Notes: a model not told the origin generated them from the letters alone. DNA of 64,000 nt from Escherichia coli (GCF_048403405.1 NZ_CP183129.1); one strand, 5' to 3'; shown: positions 1-14,277, counted from the first letter of the stretch. Translations and numbers: made by a program.

Positions 1-595
1 GGCACTGGTTGCAGTGGCGTGCCATACGCTGGCCGATTTTGTCGGCTTCCTGATTCTTGGCGGGTTGTCGATCATTGCCGCTATCACCTACACCGTGGGC
101 AATCGTCCTTATGGTTATATCGGTCTGGGTGATATTTCCGTACTGGTTTTCTTTGGCTGGTTGAGCGTCATGGGGAGCTGGTATTTACAGGCTCATACAT
201 TGATTCCGGCACTGATCCTTCCGGCGACCGCATGCGGCCTGTTGGCAACGGCAGTACTGAACATTAATAACCTGCGTGATATCAATAGCGACCGCGAAAA
301 TGGCAAAAACACGCTGGTGGTGCGCTTAGGTGAAGTGAACGCGCGTCGTTATCATGCCTGCCTGCTGATGGGCTCTCTGGTGTGCCTGGCGCTGTTTAAT
401 CTCTTTTCGCTGCATAGCCTGTGGGGCTGGCTGTTCCTGCTGGCGGCACCATTACTGGTGAAGCAAGCCCGTTATGTGATGCGGGAAATGGACCCGGTGG
501 CGATGCGACCGATGCTGGAACGCACTGTCAAGGGAGCGTTACTGACTAACCTGCTGTTTGTTTTAGGGATATTCCTAAGCCAGTGGGCAGCATAA
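1..595 (+). CDS. menA: 1,4-dihydroxy-2-naphthoate octaprenyltransferase MenA, 3' portion (the gene begins upstream of the window)
   Basis: Polytopic membrane ORF ending ...GIFLSQWAA, matching the MenA C-terminus. Position upstream of rraA fits the K-12 order. Confidence 0.85.
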   Translation, partial: ALVAVACHTLADFVGFLILGGLSIIAAITYTVGNRPYGYIGLGDISVLVFFGWLSVMGSWYLQAHTLIPALILPATACGLLATAVLNINNLRDINSDRENGKNTLVVRLGEVNARRYHACLLMGSLVCLALFNLFSLHSLWGWLFLLAAPLLVKQARYVMREMDPVAMRPMLERTVKGALLTNLLFVLGIFLSQWAA

Positions 596-687
596 CTGAC
601 AAATATCAATTAACAATTGATGATTTTGCCAACAGCCTACATAGCGCGATATACTGAAAATTCTCGCAGCAACTGAATGTTAAGCCT

Positions 688-1173
688 ATGAAATACGATA
701 CTTCCGAGCTTTGTGACATCTATCAAGAAGATGTTAACGTCGTGGAACCGCTGTTCTCCAACTTTGGCGGACGGGCGTCGTTTGGCGGACAAATAATCAC
801 GGTAAAATGTTTCGAGGACAACGGGTTGCTGTACGATCTGCTCGAACAGAATGGCCGTGGTCGTGTTCTTGTCGTCGATGGCGGTGGTTCTGTTCGTCGC
901 GCACTGGTCGATGCTGAACTGGCGCGTCTGGCAGTACAAAATGAATGGGAAGGTCTGGTCATTTACGGCGCGGTGCGTCAGGTAGATGACCTGGAAGAGT
1001 TGGATATCGGCATCCAGGCGATGGCGGCAATTCCGGTTGGTGCCGCTGGCGAAGGCATTGGCGAAAGCGATGTCCGCGTCAATTTTGGCGGTGTCACCTT
1101 CTTCTCCGGCGACCATCTTTATGCCGACAATACCGGGATTATTCTTTCTGAAGATCCGTTGGATATTGAATGA
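688..1173 (+). CDS. rraA: RNase E regulator RraA
   Basis: 161-aa [18 protein letters not shown]..., full-length match to RraA. Confidence 0.95.
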
Positions 1174-1176
1174 TAG

Positions 1177-1204
1177 AAAAGGCACCGCAAGGTGCCTTTT
1201 TTCT
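1177..1204. terminator. rho-independent hairpin aaaaggcacc-gcaa-ggtgcctttttt between convergent rraA and zapB
   Basis: Perfect 9-bp stem with a T-run on the + strand and an A-run (T-run on the - strand) on the other side. Likely bidirectional. Confidence 0.7.
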
Positions 1205-1257
1205 GCGTTACCTGTTGGCCTACACAGTAAAGAAATTACGCGAAAGATGAAGCGTAA

Positions 1258-1551
<294 letters not shown>

Positions 1552-1559
1552 TTACCGGT

Positions 1560-1927
1560 GACGCCTTAATAAATACGAGCGCACTTTAGTTAGCTCCGAT
1601 TGTATGAAGCCGCGCCATCGCTGTCCAGCGGCACGCCTTGCAGATTACGGTTTGCCACACTTTTCATCCTTCTCCTGGAGACATAATCCACACCAATCGA
1701 AAATGTTAATAAATTTGTTGCGTGAATGATCTAACAAACATGCATCATGTACAATCAGATGGAATAAATGGCGCGATAACGCTCATTTTATGACGAAGCA
1801 CACACATTTTAAGTTCGATATTTCTCGTTTTTGCTCGTTAACGATAAGTTTACAGCATGCCTACAAGCATCGTGGAGGTCCGTGACTTTCACGCATACAA
1901 CAAACATTAACTCTTCAGGATCCGATT
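1560..1927 (+). promoter_or_regulatory. glpFKX promoter/operator region (GlpR/CRP-controlled in K-12)
   Basis: A 370-bp AT-rich non-coding leader upstream of glpF. The regulation is established knowledge, not seen directly. I did not map individual operators. Confidence 0.4.
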
Positions 1928-4304
<2,377 letters not shown>

Positions 4305-4311
4305 TGTAAAT

Positions 4312-4340
4312 GCCGGATGAAGCGTTTATGCCGCATCCGG
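4312..4340. repeat. REP-like palindrome (ccggatg...catccgg) after glpK
   Basis: Inverted repeat gccggatgaagcgtttatgccgcatccggt. Confidence 0.5.
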
Positions 4341-4438
4341 TAGTCCTGAATCGTGCGGGGGCAACCCCGCACACATCAATAATCCCGCCCTTCCCCTGTG
4401 CTACACTTCGCGCCATTCCTTACTGCTTAGAGTTTGCT

Positions 4439-5449
4439 ATGAGACGAGAACTTGCCATCGAATTTTCCCGCGTCACCGAATCTGCGGCGCTGGCTGGCTA
4501 CAAATGGTTAGGACGCGGCGATAAAAACACCGCGGACGGCGCAGCGGTAAACGCCATGCGTATTATGCTCAACCAGGTCAACATTGACGGCACCATCGTT
4601 ATTGGTGAAGGTGAAATCGACGAAGCACCGATGCTCTACATTGGTGAAAAAGTCGGTACTGGTCGCGGCGACGCGGTAGATATTGCTGTTGATCCGATTG
4701 AAGGCACGCGCATGACGGCGATGGGCCAGGCTAACGCGCTGGCGGTGCTGGCAGTAGGCGATAAAGGCTGTTTCCTCAACGCGCCAGATATGTATATGGA
4801 GAAGCTGATCGTCGGACCGGGAGCCAAAGGCACCATTGATCTGAACCTGCCGCTGGCGGATAACCTGCGCAATGTAGCGGCGGCGCTCGGCAAACCGTTG
4901 AGCGAACTGACGGTAACGATTCTGGCTAAACCACGCCACGATGCCGTTATCGCTGAAATGCAGCAACTCGGCGTACGCGTATTTGCTATTCCGGATGGCG
5001 ACGTTGCGGCCTCAATTCTCACCTGTATGCCAGACAGCGAAGTTGACGTGCTGTACGGTATTGGTGGCGCGCCGGAAGGCGTGGTTTCTGCGGCGGTGAT
5101 CCGCGCATTAGATGGTGACATGAACGGTCGTCTGCTGGCGCGTCATGACGTCAAAGGCGACAACGAAGAGAATCGTCGCATTGGCGAGCAGGAGCTGGCA
5201 CGCTGCAAAGCAATGGGCATCGAAGCCGGTAAAGTATTACGTCTGGGCGATATGGCACGCAGCGATAACGTCATCTTTTCTGCCACCGGTATTACCAAAG
5301 GCGATCTGCTGGAAGGCATTAGCCGCAAAGGCAATATCGCGACTACCGAAACGCTGCTGATCCGCGGCAAGTCACGCACCATTCGCCGCATTCAGTCCAT
5401 CCACTATCTGGATCGCAAAGACCCGGAAATGCAGGTGCACATTCTCTGA
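4439..5449 (+). CDS. glpX: fructose-1,6-bisphosphatase class II GlpX
   Basis: The ORF contains MRRELAIEFSRVTESAALAGYKWLGRGDKN...; the 336-aa GlpX starts at ATG 4439. Confidence 0.95.
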   Translation: MRRELAIEFSRVTESAALAGYKWLGRGDKNTADGAAVNAMRIMLNQVNIDGTIVIGEGEIDEAPMLYIGEKVGTGRGDAVDIAVDPIEGTRMTAMGQANALAVLAVGDKGCFLNAPDMYMEKLIVGPGAKGTIDLNLPLADNLRNVAAALGKPLSELTVTILAKPRHDAVIAEMQQLGVRVFAIPDGDVAASILTCMPDSEVDVLYGIGGAPEGVVSAAVIRALDGDMNGRLLARHDVKGDNEENRRIGEQELARCKAMGIEAGKVLRLGDMARSDNVIFSATGITKGDLLEGISRKGNIATTETLLIRGKSRTIRRIQSIHYLDRKDPEMQVHIL

Positions 5450-5470
5450 GTGATTTGATCGATTGAGCCT

Positions 5471-5499
5471 TCCAGTCCTTCGGGACTGGAATTTTTTTG
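5471..5499 (+). terminator. glpFKX terminator hairpin tccagtcc-ttcg-ggactgga followed by a T-run
   Basis: Perfect 8-bp stem plus TTTTTTT immediately after the glpX stop. Confidence 0.75.
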
Positions 5500-5545
5500 T
5501 TCGGAGAACGAAGATAAGGCAAGTCAATCAAAACAGGAGAAAAAC

Positions 5546-6292
5546 ATGGCTGATTGGGTAACAGGCAAAGTCACTAAAGTGCAGAACTGGACCGACGCCC
5601 TGTTTAGTCTCACCGTTCACGCCCCCGTGCTTCCGTTTACCGCCGGGCAATTCACCAAGCTTGGCCTTGAAATTGACGGCGAACGCGTCCAGCGCGCCTA
5701 CTCCTATGTTAACTCGCCCGATAATCCGGATCTGGAGTTTTACCTGGTCACCGTCCCCGATGGCAAATTAAGCCCGCGACTGGCGGCACTGAAACCGGGC
5801 GATGAAGTGCAGGTGGTTAGCGAAGCCGCTGGCTTCTTTGTTCTGGATGAAGTACCAGATTGCGAAACGCTATGGATGCTGGCAACCGGTACAGCGATTG
5901 GCCCTTATTTATCGATTCTGCAACTGGGCAAAGATTTAGATCGCTTCAAAAATCTGGTCCTGGTTCACGCCGCACGTTATGCCGCCGACTTAAGCTATTT
6001 GCCACTGATGCAAGAACTGGAAAAACGCTACGAAGGCAAACTGCGCATTCAGACGGTGGTCAGTCGGGAAACGTCGGCGGGATCGCTCACCGGGCGGATA
6101 CCGGCGTTAATTGAAAGTGGTGAACTGGAAAGCGCGGTTGGCCTGCCGATGAATAAAGAAACCAGCCATGTGATGCTGTGCGGCAATCCACAGATGGTGC
6201 GCGATACGCAACAGTTACTGAAAGAGACCCGGCAGATGACGAAACATTTACGTCGCCGACCGGGCCATATGACAGCGGAGCATTACTGGTAA
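5546..6292 (+). CDS. fpr: ferredoxin/flavodoxin-NADP+ reductase Fpr
   Basis: 248-aa ORF MADWVTGKVTKVQNWTDALFSL..., full-length match to Fpr. Confidence 0.95.
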   Translation: MADWVTGKVTKVQNWTDALFSLTVHAPVLPFTAGQFTKLGLEIDGERVQRAYSYVNSPDNPDLEFYLVTVPDGKLSPRLAALKPGDEVQVVSEAAGFFVLDEVPDCETLWMLATGTAIGPYLSILQLGKDLDRFKNLVLVHAARYAADLSYLPLMQELEKRYEGKLRIQTVVSRETSAGSLTGRIPALIESGELESAVGLPMNKETSHVMLCGNPQMVRDTQQLLKETRQMTKHLRRRPGHMTAEHYW

Positions 6293-6296
6293 GCGG

Positions 6297-6725
6297 TTAC
6301 TTATCGATAAACGGCACGATGAGCAAATCCGCACTCAACTTATTGATCATCCCGCGATATGCCGGCATCAAACGGTTGATAAATGAGTGGTGATGACCAC
6401 AGACAAGGAGGTCGCACTGCTCTTTTTGCATAATTTCCAGCAGTGTTTCCGGCATTTCTCCGCGTTCAATACGCAGTTTTGTCTTCGGCCATTGAATATT
6501 TTTCGTCAGTTTATACAGCTTGTTATCCGACTTATTCTTCAACAATTGAAGAATATCTTCTGTTGCAGGGAAGTAGATACCCGGATACAACTCGCTTAAG
6601 CCATCATCAATATGAATTAACGTCAGGTGAGCGTCATTATGTCTGGCGAGCTCCAGGGCTTTATTCACCAGTAAGGCATCTTCTTCATTCCCGGAAATTG
6701 CCACGCCAATGTGTTTATAAGCCAT
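6297..6725 (-). CDS. uspD: universal stress protein UspD
   Basis: 142-aa [30 protein letters not shown]... The 3' end is convergent with fpr. Confidence 0.9.
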   Translation of the reverse strand: MAYKHIGVAISGNEEDALLVNKALELARHNDAHLTLIHIDDGLSELYPGIYFPATEDILQLLKNKSDNKLYKLTKNIQWPKTKLRIERGEMPETLLEIMQKEQCDLLVCGHHHSFINRLMPAYRGMINKLSADLLIVPFIDK

Positions 6726-6751
6726 GTTTAACTCCTTCTAAAGCAACTCCA

Positions 6752-7051
6752 TCAAGCTAACGAACGCAGTGATAACTCAAAAATAATCATCTCGGCCTGG
6801 CATGAGAAGGTGAAGGCCGCATCAAGCTCAACTTGCCCTTCCAGATCCTTAATCTTATAGGCCACGCTGGCCCCTTCATCTGCAGAGGATGCAGCGGCGG
6901 CAAGCTCTTTCAGTTTGGTCATAAAGGACTCTGCTTCTTCGCGGGTGGCAAAAAAACGCGAAAACTTACTGGTACAGTTGTCGTTATCAATCACCGTACC
7001 GATATCAATCGCACATCCTTTAGTACTGCATTTATCTACGACATCTTTCAT
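6752..7051 (-). CDS. yiiS: UPF0381/DUF406 protein YiiS
   Basis: 99-aa [30 protein letters not shown]... Probably co-transcribed with uspD. Confidence 0.85.
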   Translation of the reverse strand: MKDVVDKCSTKGCAIDIGTVIDNDNCTSKFSRFFATREEAESFMTKLKELAAAASSADEGASVAYKIKDLEGQVELDAAFTFSCQAEMIIFELSLRSLA

Positions 7052-7262
7052 AGGGCACCTCTGTATATTCGCCTCTCTGTCGATTACGACTTAAGAATAA
7101 TGCGCCGTTAAGGGAAGAACAAACAAGTAATGATCTTATGGATTACCATTTTTTTTGATATTGCTTAAGGTGAAGAGTTCAGAAGGATTTTCCGGGCATT
7201 GTCATTTGCATCGTGGAAATAACAATCCCGGAAAAAAATAGCAGTAAGAGATATATTAAAGG

Positions 7263-7703
7263 TTAATTACTTGATTTATTGTCGGCTTTATACTTCACAT
7301 CCTGGGTATCTTTACCATATTTATTTTCGCCTTGTGTGCCAACAAACGCACCAAGATCGATAAGCATCATCACCAGAATCAACGTCGGGACAAAACGCCC
7401 TACCGCCCATTGCCAGACACCCGGTAAAATCGCCCAGTTACCCGCCAGTAGCATCCACGCCACAATCATCAGAAATGCCCATGCGCCGGAACGCCCGCGA
7501 TCATGCAAGCGCTTAACGGTTACTGCCGCTGTTGGCCAGAGCAAGCACACAAGGCAAAACGCCGCAGTCTGAATATCGAGTAAATTTTTACCCGCCAGTG
7601 AGAAAAGCACCAGCATGCCTGCGAACCACAGGCCTATCCAAATCCAGAAATCACGGCGTCCAATACGCCCTTTAAATGAGAATAACCATTGCTGTATGGT
7701 CAT
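7263..7703 (-). CDS. yiiR: DUF805 inner-membrane protein YiiR
   Basis: 146-aa ORF MTIQQWLFSFKGRIGRRDFWIW..., the DUF805 signature. Confidence 0.85.
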   Translation of the reverse strand: MTIQQWLFSFKGRIGRRDFWIWIGLWFAGMLVLFSLAGKNLLDIQTAAFCLVCLLWPTAAVTVKRLHDRGRSGAWAFLMIVAWMLLAGNWAILPGVWQWAVGRFVPTLILVMMLIDLGAFVGTQGENKYGKDTQDVKYKADNKSSN

Positions 7704-7803
7704 GTAAGTTCCTTGATGGTTGTCTTTTCCAGGATTCTACCCTTTTGACAAGGGCGACAGATATCGTTTTAATCGGAGCCAGTCATAACAAAAGGTACTG
7801 TCA

Positions 7804-8403
7804 ATGAAGCCAGGGTGTACGCTGTTTTTTCTCTTATGTTCTGCATTAACCGTTACAACAACGGCGCATGCACAAACACCAGATACGGCAACGACCGCGC
7901 CTTATCTGCTGGCTGGAGCCCCTACTTTCGATCTCTCCATCAGCCAGTTTCGAGAAGACTTTAACAGCCAGAATCCCAGCCTGCCACTGAACGAATTTCG
8001 TGCCATCGACAGCAGTCCCGACAAAGCCAATCTCACTCGTGCTGCAAGTAAAATTAATGAGAACTTGTATGCTTCTACAGCGCTGGAGCGCGGTACCTTA
8101 AAAATCAAAAGCATTCAAATGACCTGGCTACCCATCCAGGGGCCAGAGCAAAAAGCCGCGAAAGCGAAAGCTCAGGAATACATGGCAGCGGTGATCCGCA
8201 CACTCACCCCATTAATGACCAAAACACAAAGCCAGAAAAAACTGCAGTCGCTACTAACGGCGGGGAAAAACAAACGTTATTACACCGAGACCGAAGGTGC
8301 ACTGCGTTATGTTGTCGCGGACAACGGCGAAAAGGGGCTGACCTTCGCTGTTGAACCGATTAAGCTGGCGCTATCTGAATCGCTTGAAGGTTTGAATAAA
8401 TGA
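7804..8403 (+). CDS. yiiQ: DUF1454 periplasmic protein YiiQ
   Basis: 199-aa ORF with signal peptide MKPGCTLFFLLCSALTVTTTAHA. Confidence 0.85.
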   Translation: MKPGCTLFFLLCSALTVTTTAHAQTPDTATTAPYLLAGAPTFDLSISQFREDFNSQNPSLPLNEFRAIDSSPDKANLTRAASKINENLYASTALERGTLKIKSIQMTWLPIQGPEQKAAKAKAQEYMAAVIRTLTPLMTKTQSQKKLQSLLTAGKNKRYYTETEGALRYVVADNGEKGLTFAVEPIKLALSESLEGLNK

Positions 8404-8510
8404 CAAAAAGCAAAGCCTTTGTGCCGATGAATCTCTATACTGTTTCACAGACCTGCTGCCCTGCGGGGCGGCCATCTTCCTTTATTCGCTTATAAGCGTG
8501 GAGAATTAAA

Positions 8511-9278
8511 ATGCGACATCCTTTAGTGATGGGTAACTGGAAACTGAACGGCAGCCGCCACATGGTTCACGAGCTGGTTTCTAACCTGCGTAAAGAGCTG
8601 GCAGGTGTTGCTGGCTGTGCGGTTGCAATCGCACCACCGGAAATGTACATCGATATGGCGAAGCGTGAAGCTGAAGGCAGCCACATCATGCTGGGTGCGC
8701 AAAACGTGGACCTGAACCTGTCCGGCGCATTCACCGGTGAAACCTCTGCTGCTATGCTGAAAGACATCGGCGCACAGTACATCATCATCGGCCACTCTGA
8801 ACGTCGTACTTACCACAAAGAGTCTGACGAACTGATCGCGAAAAAATTCGCGGTGCTGAAAGAGCAGGGTCTGACTCCGGTTCTGTGCATCGGTGAAACC
8901 GAAGCTGAAAACGAAGCGGGCAAAACTGAAGAAGTTTGTGCACGTCAGATCGACGCGGTACTGAAAACTCAGGGTGCTGCAGCATTCGAAGGTGCGGTAA
9001 TCGCTTACGAACCAGTATGGGCAATCGGTACTGGCAAATCTGCAACTCCGGCGCAGGCACAGGTTGTTCACAAATTCATCCGTGACCACATCGCTAAAGT
9101 TGACGCTAACATCGCTGAACAAGTGATCATCCAGTACGGCGGCTCTGTAAACGCGTCTAACGCTGCAGAACTGTTTGCTCAGCCAGACATCGACGGCGCG
9201 CTGGTTGGCGGTGCTTCTCTGAAAGCTGACGCTTTCGCAGTGATCGTTAAAGCTGCAGAAGCGGCTAAACAGGCTTAA
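8511..9278 (+). CDS. tpiA: triosephosphate isomerase
   Basis: 255-aa [26 protein letters not shown]...[20 protein letters not shown], full-length TpiA. Confidence 0.97.
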   Translation: MRHPLVMGNWKLNGSRHMVHELVSNLRKELAGVAGCAVAIAPPEMYIDMAKREAEGSHIMLGAQNVDLNLSGAFTGETSAAMLKDIGAQYIIIGHSERRTYHKESDELIAKKFAVLKEQGLTPVLCIGETEAENEAGKTEEVCARQIDAVLKTQGAAAFEGAVIAYEPVWAIGTGKSATPAQAQVVHKFIRDHIAKVDANIAEQVIIQYGGSVNASNAAELFAQPDIDGALVGGASLKADAFAVIVKAAEAAKQA

Positions 9279-9288
9279 GTCTGACAGG

Positions 9289-9320
9289 TGCCGGATTTCA
9301 TATCCGGCACTTACTTTCCT
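9289..9320. terminator. hairpin gtgccggat-ttcat-atccggcac between convergent tpiA and cdh
   Basis: Perfect 9-bp stem directly after the tpiA stop. Confidence 0.65.
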
Positions 9321-9332
9321 TAACTCCTCGCC

Positions 9333-10088
9333 TTAACGCAAAATCTCACACTGATGATCCTGAATTTCCTCGGCTGAAGCACGGTTAAGCGTCAGTAGAT
9401 TTCGTTGTGTCGCCAGCAATACAAATGAGTTATCACTCTGCCGTACCATCGCCAGCCCGTAGCTTCCCATATGTTCCCGCGCCTCAGGTACTTCTTCTGC
9501 CAGCATCATAAATGGACTGCGTTGTACCAGTTCGCTTTCCGTTACCCGACGCGCCAGGTATTCATGCCCGCGCAAACCACCTGGCAGTGGCAACCAGCGG
9601 CTGCTGATGTTCGCCAGATTGTTATCCAGCTGTTCGCGCACATCAGGACGAATACAAGAGATATGAATATGAAAATGGTTTTGCGTACGCCCGGTGCGGG
9701 AGTTGATCGCCAAAGAAACCGCGCGATCGGGAACCGGCTGGCCGTATTTTTTGCTCATAAAATCACGCGCCTGCCAGGCCAACCAAAAGAAGTTCGGCGT
9801 TGAAGGATCGGTCAACAAAGGACTTTCAGTACCGTTAATACGATACGTTGGCATCAACAGATATTGCAGTGGGCCATTAAGATCTTTTAAAACCACGTAT
9901 CCGGCATTGGGTTTGACTTCCGCACATGGCGAAGGATTTTGATTTTGCTGTTGATTGGGCAAACATTCCTCAAGGACAATCTTACGTAATGTATCCGACT
10001 CTTCACCGGTTAATTTCCAGTAACCAATACCGGCAGCCACAACGGCGATAACTATCATCACCAAAAAAAGAAGACCCGCTTTTTTCAT
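9333..10088 (-). CDS. cdh: CDP-diacylglycerol pyrophosphatase Cdh
   Basis: The ORF contains [25 protein letters not shown]...; the 251-aa Cdh starts at the internal ATG at 10088. The ORF finder runs further upstream. Confidence 0.9.
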   Translation of the reverse strand: MKKAGLLFLVMIVIAVVAAGIGYWKLTGEESDTLRKIVLEECLPNQQQNQNPSPCAEVKPNAGYVVLKDLNGPLQYLLMPTYRINGTESPLLTDPSTPNFFWLAWQARDFMSKKYGQPVPDRAVSLAINSRTGRTQNHFHIHISCIRPDVREQLDNNLANISSRWLPLPGGLRGHEYLARRVTESELVQRSPFMMLAEEVPEAREHMGSYGLAMVRQSDNSFVLLATQRNLLTLNRASAEEIQDHQCEILR

Positions 10089-10139
10089 CTTTTTTTCCCT
10101 GTACCTCAAAGAGATGCAAGGGTAACGCAAAATCGTGAC

Positions 10140-10176
10140 AAATAAAAAACCCGGTCGCGAGAAACCACCGGGTTTG
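10140..10176 (-). terminator. sbp terminator (cccggtgg...ccgggtttttt on the - strand)
   Basis: Hairpin aaaaaacccggtcgcgagaaaccaccgggttt on the + strand. Read on the - strand it is a stem followed by a T-run. Confidence 0.6.
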
Positions 10177-10194
10177 ATAATTATCCTGGGGAAA

Positions 10195-11184
10195 TCAGCG
10201 TTTGCTGATCTGATCGAACGTACCGCCGTTAGCAAAATGCTCTTTTTGCGCTTTCGTCCAGCCGCCGAACTCTTCATCAATGGTGAATAACTTCAATTTT
10301 GGAAACGCATTTTCGTACTTTTTCGCTACCTCAGCGTCGCGCGGACGGTAGTAGTTTTTCGCGGCAATTTCCTGACCTTCTGGCGAGTAGAGATATTTCA
10401 GATAGGCTTCCGCCACCTCTTTGGTGCCTTTTTTCTCGACCACTTTATCGACCACCGACACGGTTGGCTCTGCGAGGATAGACTCACTCGGCGTAACGAT
10501 TTCGAATTTATCTTTCCCCAGTTCATTCGCTGCCAGCAGAGCTTCGTTTTCCCAGGCGATCAGTACATCGCCAATTCCGCGCTCGACAAAAGTGTTAGTG
10601 GAGCCGCGCGCGCCAGAATCCAGAACTTCGACGTTTTTATACAGTGCCCGAACAAAATCCTGTGCTTTTGCCTGATCGTTGTTGTTGTGATGCAGCGCGT
10701 AGCCCCAGGCTGCCAGGTAGTTCCAGCGCGCGCCACCAGAGCTTTTCGGATTAGGCGTGATCACCGAAACACCCGGTTTAATCAGATCGTTCCAGTCATG
10801 GATCTGCTTCGGATTGCCCTTACGCACCAGGAAAACAATGGTGGAAGTGTACGGTGCGGAGTTATCCGGCAGACGTTTGATCCACTCTTTATCAATCCGC
10901 CCGCGTTCCGCAATCGCGTCCACGTCATAGGCCAGAGCCAGAGTGACAACATCAGCTTCAATACCATTGATTACCGACGTCGCTTGTTTGCCTGAACCAC
11001 CGTGTGACTGACGAATCACCACGTTATCGCCAGTTTGCTGTTTCCAGTGGGCGCTGAATGCCTTGTTGTACTGTTCGTACAATTCGCGCGTTGGATCATA
11101 TGAAACGTTAAGAAGCTGAATATCCTTTGCCATAACGCTGGTTGCCGCCAGCAAAAATGTTAACCCTACGCCCCACTTGTTCAT
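10195..11184 (-). CDS. sbp: sulfate/thiosulfate ABC transporter periplasmic binding protein Sbp
   Basis: 329-aa ORF with signal peptide [19 protein letters not shown], full-length match. Confidence 0.95.
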
Positions 11185-11329
11185 CGCCCGACTCTCTTAT
11201 GTTGTGTTGTGATGAGCAAAGCGTGCCAGAAGGTTAACCAAACATTAAAGAATAAAAAAAGATTGGCTATAACTTGCGGGTATATGTTGAGGGATTAAAA
11301 AGGCGGAAGAAATCCGCCTCATATTGCTG

Positions 11330-11450
11330 ACAAAGTGCGCTTTATCGATGCCGGATGCGGCGCGAACGCCTTATCAGGCCTACAAAAGTTTGCAAATTCA
11401 ATAAATTGCAGAATTCACGTAGGCCTGATAAGCGAAGCGCATCAGGCATT
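11330..11450. repeat. REP/BIME cluster between sbp and pfkA
   Basis: Repeated gccggatgcggcg...cgccttatcaggcctac and gtaggcctgataagcgaagcgcatcaggca palindromic units. Confidence 0.7.
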
Positions 11451-11503
11451 TTTGCTTCTGTCATCGGTTTCAGGCTAAAGGAATCTGCCTTTTTCCGAAA
11501 TCA

Positions 11504-12466
11504 TTAATACAGTTTTTTCGCGCAGTCCAGCCAGTCGCCTTTGAACGGACGCTTCATGTTTTCGATAGCGTCGATGATGTCGTGGTGAACCAGCTGTTCG
11601 TTCTGGATACCTACGCAACGACCGCCGTAACCTGCCAGCAGCAGATCGATAGCGTAAGCGCCCATACGGGAAGCCAGAATACGGTCGTAAGGCACCGGAG
11701 AACCACCGCGCTGGATGTGGCCCAGCACAGTTGCGCGGGTTTCACGACCGGTTTCTTTCTCGATGAAATGCGCCAGTTCGTCAACATCACACATATGTTC
11801 GGTAATCGCCACGATCGCGTGTTTTTTACCTTTCGCGATACCCGCTTTGATTTCGTTTACCAGGTCTTCACGGCTGAATTCAACTTCCGGAACTACAACG
11901 AATTCACAGCCACCGGCAATGGCCGCAGCCAGGGTCAGATCGCCACAATAACGACCCATCACTTCCACCACGGAAATACGCTGGTGAGAAGAAGAGGTAT
12001 CACGCAGACGGTCGATCGCTTCTACAACGGTGCTCAGCGCAGTGAAGAAACCGATAGTGTAGTCAGTGCCTTTGATGTCGTTGTCGATAGTGCCAGGCAG
12101 ACCGATGCACGGGAAGCCCATTTCGGTCAGACGCATTGCACCCATGTAGGAACCGTCACCGCCGATAACCACCAGCGCGTCGATACCACGTTTTTTCAGG
12201 TTTTCGATAGCCACGGCGCGGATGTTCTCGTCGCGGAATTCCGGGAAACGCGCAGAACCGAGGAACGTACCACCACGGTTGATCATGTCAGACACGCTGT
12301 AACGGTCTAGCTGTACCATACGGTCTTCATACAGACCCAGATAGCCGTCATAAATGCCCATTACTTCCAGACCTTCTGTCAGCGCAGAACGAACAACCCC
12401 GCGAATTGCGGCGTTCATGCCTGGCGCATCACCGCCGCTTGTCAACACACCGATTTTCTTAATCAT
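11504..12466 (-). CDS. pfkA: 6-phosphofructokinase I
   Basis: The ORF contains [25 protein letters not shown]...; the 320-aa PfkA starts at the ATG at 12466. Confidence 0.97.
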
Positions 12467-12646
12467 GACTACCTCTGAACTTTGGAATGCAAAATGAAAT
12501 CTGTTGCCGGAAGTCTTCTTGCACATCGAAGTGATCCAACGAATGTGCAAATAGTATAACAATCACTTCCTGCTGAATTGATTCAGGTCAGGCCAAATGG
12601 CGGTATTTTATACACAAAATGCGGGTCTGGCTCTCTTTTATACTGA

Positions 12647-13549
12647 TTATGAAAGCATAGACCGTTTACCCTCCCTGGGTACGACGGAACAGGGGTCCTG
12701 ATGGATAATCACATCCGATCCCGGAAAACGCCGTAAAATAGCCTGCTCTACCTGATCCGCCACCATATGTGCCTGAACCAAAGGCAGAGAGTCTTCCATT
12801 TCCAAATGAATCTGAATAAAGCGGGTCGGCCCTGACTGCCGCGTGCGAAGATCGTGAGCGCCGCTAACACCCGGCCAGGAAGTCACGATATCAATAATTT
12901 CTTGCCGTTCTTCATCAGGCAATGCGCGATCCAGTAATGACTGTACCGCCTCATATCCCATGCGTAACGCGCTATATAAAATATAGATGCCGATTCCCAA
13001 TGCAAACAGAGCATCGGCGCGATGCCAGCCATACCAGGACAACCCCAGCGCCAGCAGAATTGCGCCGTTCATCATAACATCAGACTGGTAATGTAGCATA
13101 TCAGCCCGCACCGCCTGGCTTTGCGTCCGGCGCACCACCCACCGCTGAAACGAGACAAGGATAATCGTACAAATTAGCGCCACAATTGTCACGATAACCC
13201 CGACGCCTGGATCTGTCATCGGTGTTGGAGATACCAGATGTTGAATACCCGTCAAAAAGAGGAATAGTGCCGAACCGGAGATAAACATACTTTGCGCCAG
13301 CGCCGCGAGGGACTCAGCTTTACCGTGACCAAACGAGTGATTATCGTCGGCAGGTTGCAGGGAATATCGCACCACCAGTAAATTCGTCAACGACGCGCCG
13401 ATATCCACCAGCGAATCCACCAGCGCGGCGAGAATACTCACCGACCCGGTATACCACCATGCAAAAATTTTAATCAGCAATAGCAGCGAAGCCATCGCCG
13501 TCGCAGCAATCGCCGCCCGACTGACCAGCCGTCCATAAGATTGATTCAT
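12647..13549 (-). CDS. fieF: cation-diffusion-facilitator Fe/Zn efflux protein FieF (YiiP)
   Basis: The ORF contains [35 protein letters not shown]...; the 300-aa protein starts at 13549. Confidence 0.95.
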   Translation of the reverse strand: MNQSYGRLVSRAAIAATAMASLLLLIKIFAWWYTGSVSILAALVDSLVDIGASLTNLLVVRYSLQPADDNHSFGHGKAESLAALAQSMFISGSALFLFLTGIQHLVSPTPMTDPGVGVIVTIVALICTIILVSFQRWVVRRTQSQAVRADMLHYQSDVMMNGAILLALGLSWYGWHRADALFALGIGIYILYSALRMGYEAVQSLLDRALPDEERQEIIDIVTSWPGVSGAHDLRTRQSGPTRFIQIHLEMEDSLPLVQAHMVADQVEQAILRRFPGSDVIIHQDPCSVVPREGKRSMLS

Positions 13550-13630
13550 AAATACTCCCGCTATCAACTGACGCTAGTATAACGGAAGCAAATCATCTGC
13601 AATGCATTAAGCAGCAGGCAAATTGAGGAT

Positions 13631-13658
13631 AAAAAAAACCCCCACATCATGTGGGGGA
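13631..13658 (-). terminator. cpxP terminator (cccccacat-cat-gtggggg plus T-run on the - strand)
   Basis: Perfect 8-bp stem flanked by an A8 run on the + strand (T8 on the - strand), just downstream of the cpxP stop. Confidence 0.7.
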
Positions 13659-13697
13659 AGACAGGGATGGTGTCTATGGCAAGGAAAACAGGGTTTA

Positions 13698-14198
13698 CTA
13701 CTGGGAACGTGAGTTGCTACTACTCAATAGCTTCAACGATGAACTTTTTTGCCATTGCGTCACGTCGCGCAACTGCTCCATTCGTTGTTGATGTTTCTCG
13801 TTTAAAACCGCTTGCTGCTCCGGCGTTAACAGGCGATACATTTGGTTGCGGACTTTTGCCATCTCAACCTGACGAGCAATTTGCTCATTCGCCATTTTTT
13901 CTGCCTGCGCGCGCACAGCGTTTTCATCAAAATTTTCTGCGGTGACAAGGCGATGCATTGTCTCCAGTTCGCTAACATTAACAGGAGGCTGTTCGTGCCG
14001 GGCCTGTTGCATAAGATCTCGCATCTGCTGACGCTGATGTTCGGTTAAACTTATGCCGTCGAACATATGGCTCTGCGTACTGCGCTGCGTAAGTTCTTCA
14101 CCCGGATGCCAGTTATCGCCTGAACCGACTTCAGCAGCGTGGCTTAATGAACTGACTGCCAGCGTTGAGGCCATGACGGCAGCGGTAACTATGCGCAT
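13698..14198 (-). CDS. cpxP: periplasmic adaptor/inhibitor of the Cpx response CpxP
   Basis: The ORF contains [24 protein letters not shown]... and the LTxxQ motifs. The 166-aa protein starts at 14198. Confidence 0.95.
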
Positions 14199-14277
14199 CA
14201 TTTGCTCCCAAAATCTTTCTGTCGCGATTCAACGATAGAGAGTTTACGATTCAGGCTGCAAACATGCGTCAGGGGGT

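Noticed and set aside
637-1185. 182-aa ORF antisense to rraA. Similar long antisense ORFs lie opposite tpiA (8523..9122), pfkA (11582..12310), kdgT (17538..18104), fdoG (36786..37550, 38001..38861), fdoH (39210..39872), fdhE (40624..41400) and yihT (50812..51147).
   Set aside because: Each lies entirely inside a well-recognised conserved gene on the opposite strand. Their composition is low-complexity or Arg/Ala-rich, typical of antisense frames in GC-rich coding DNA.
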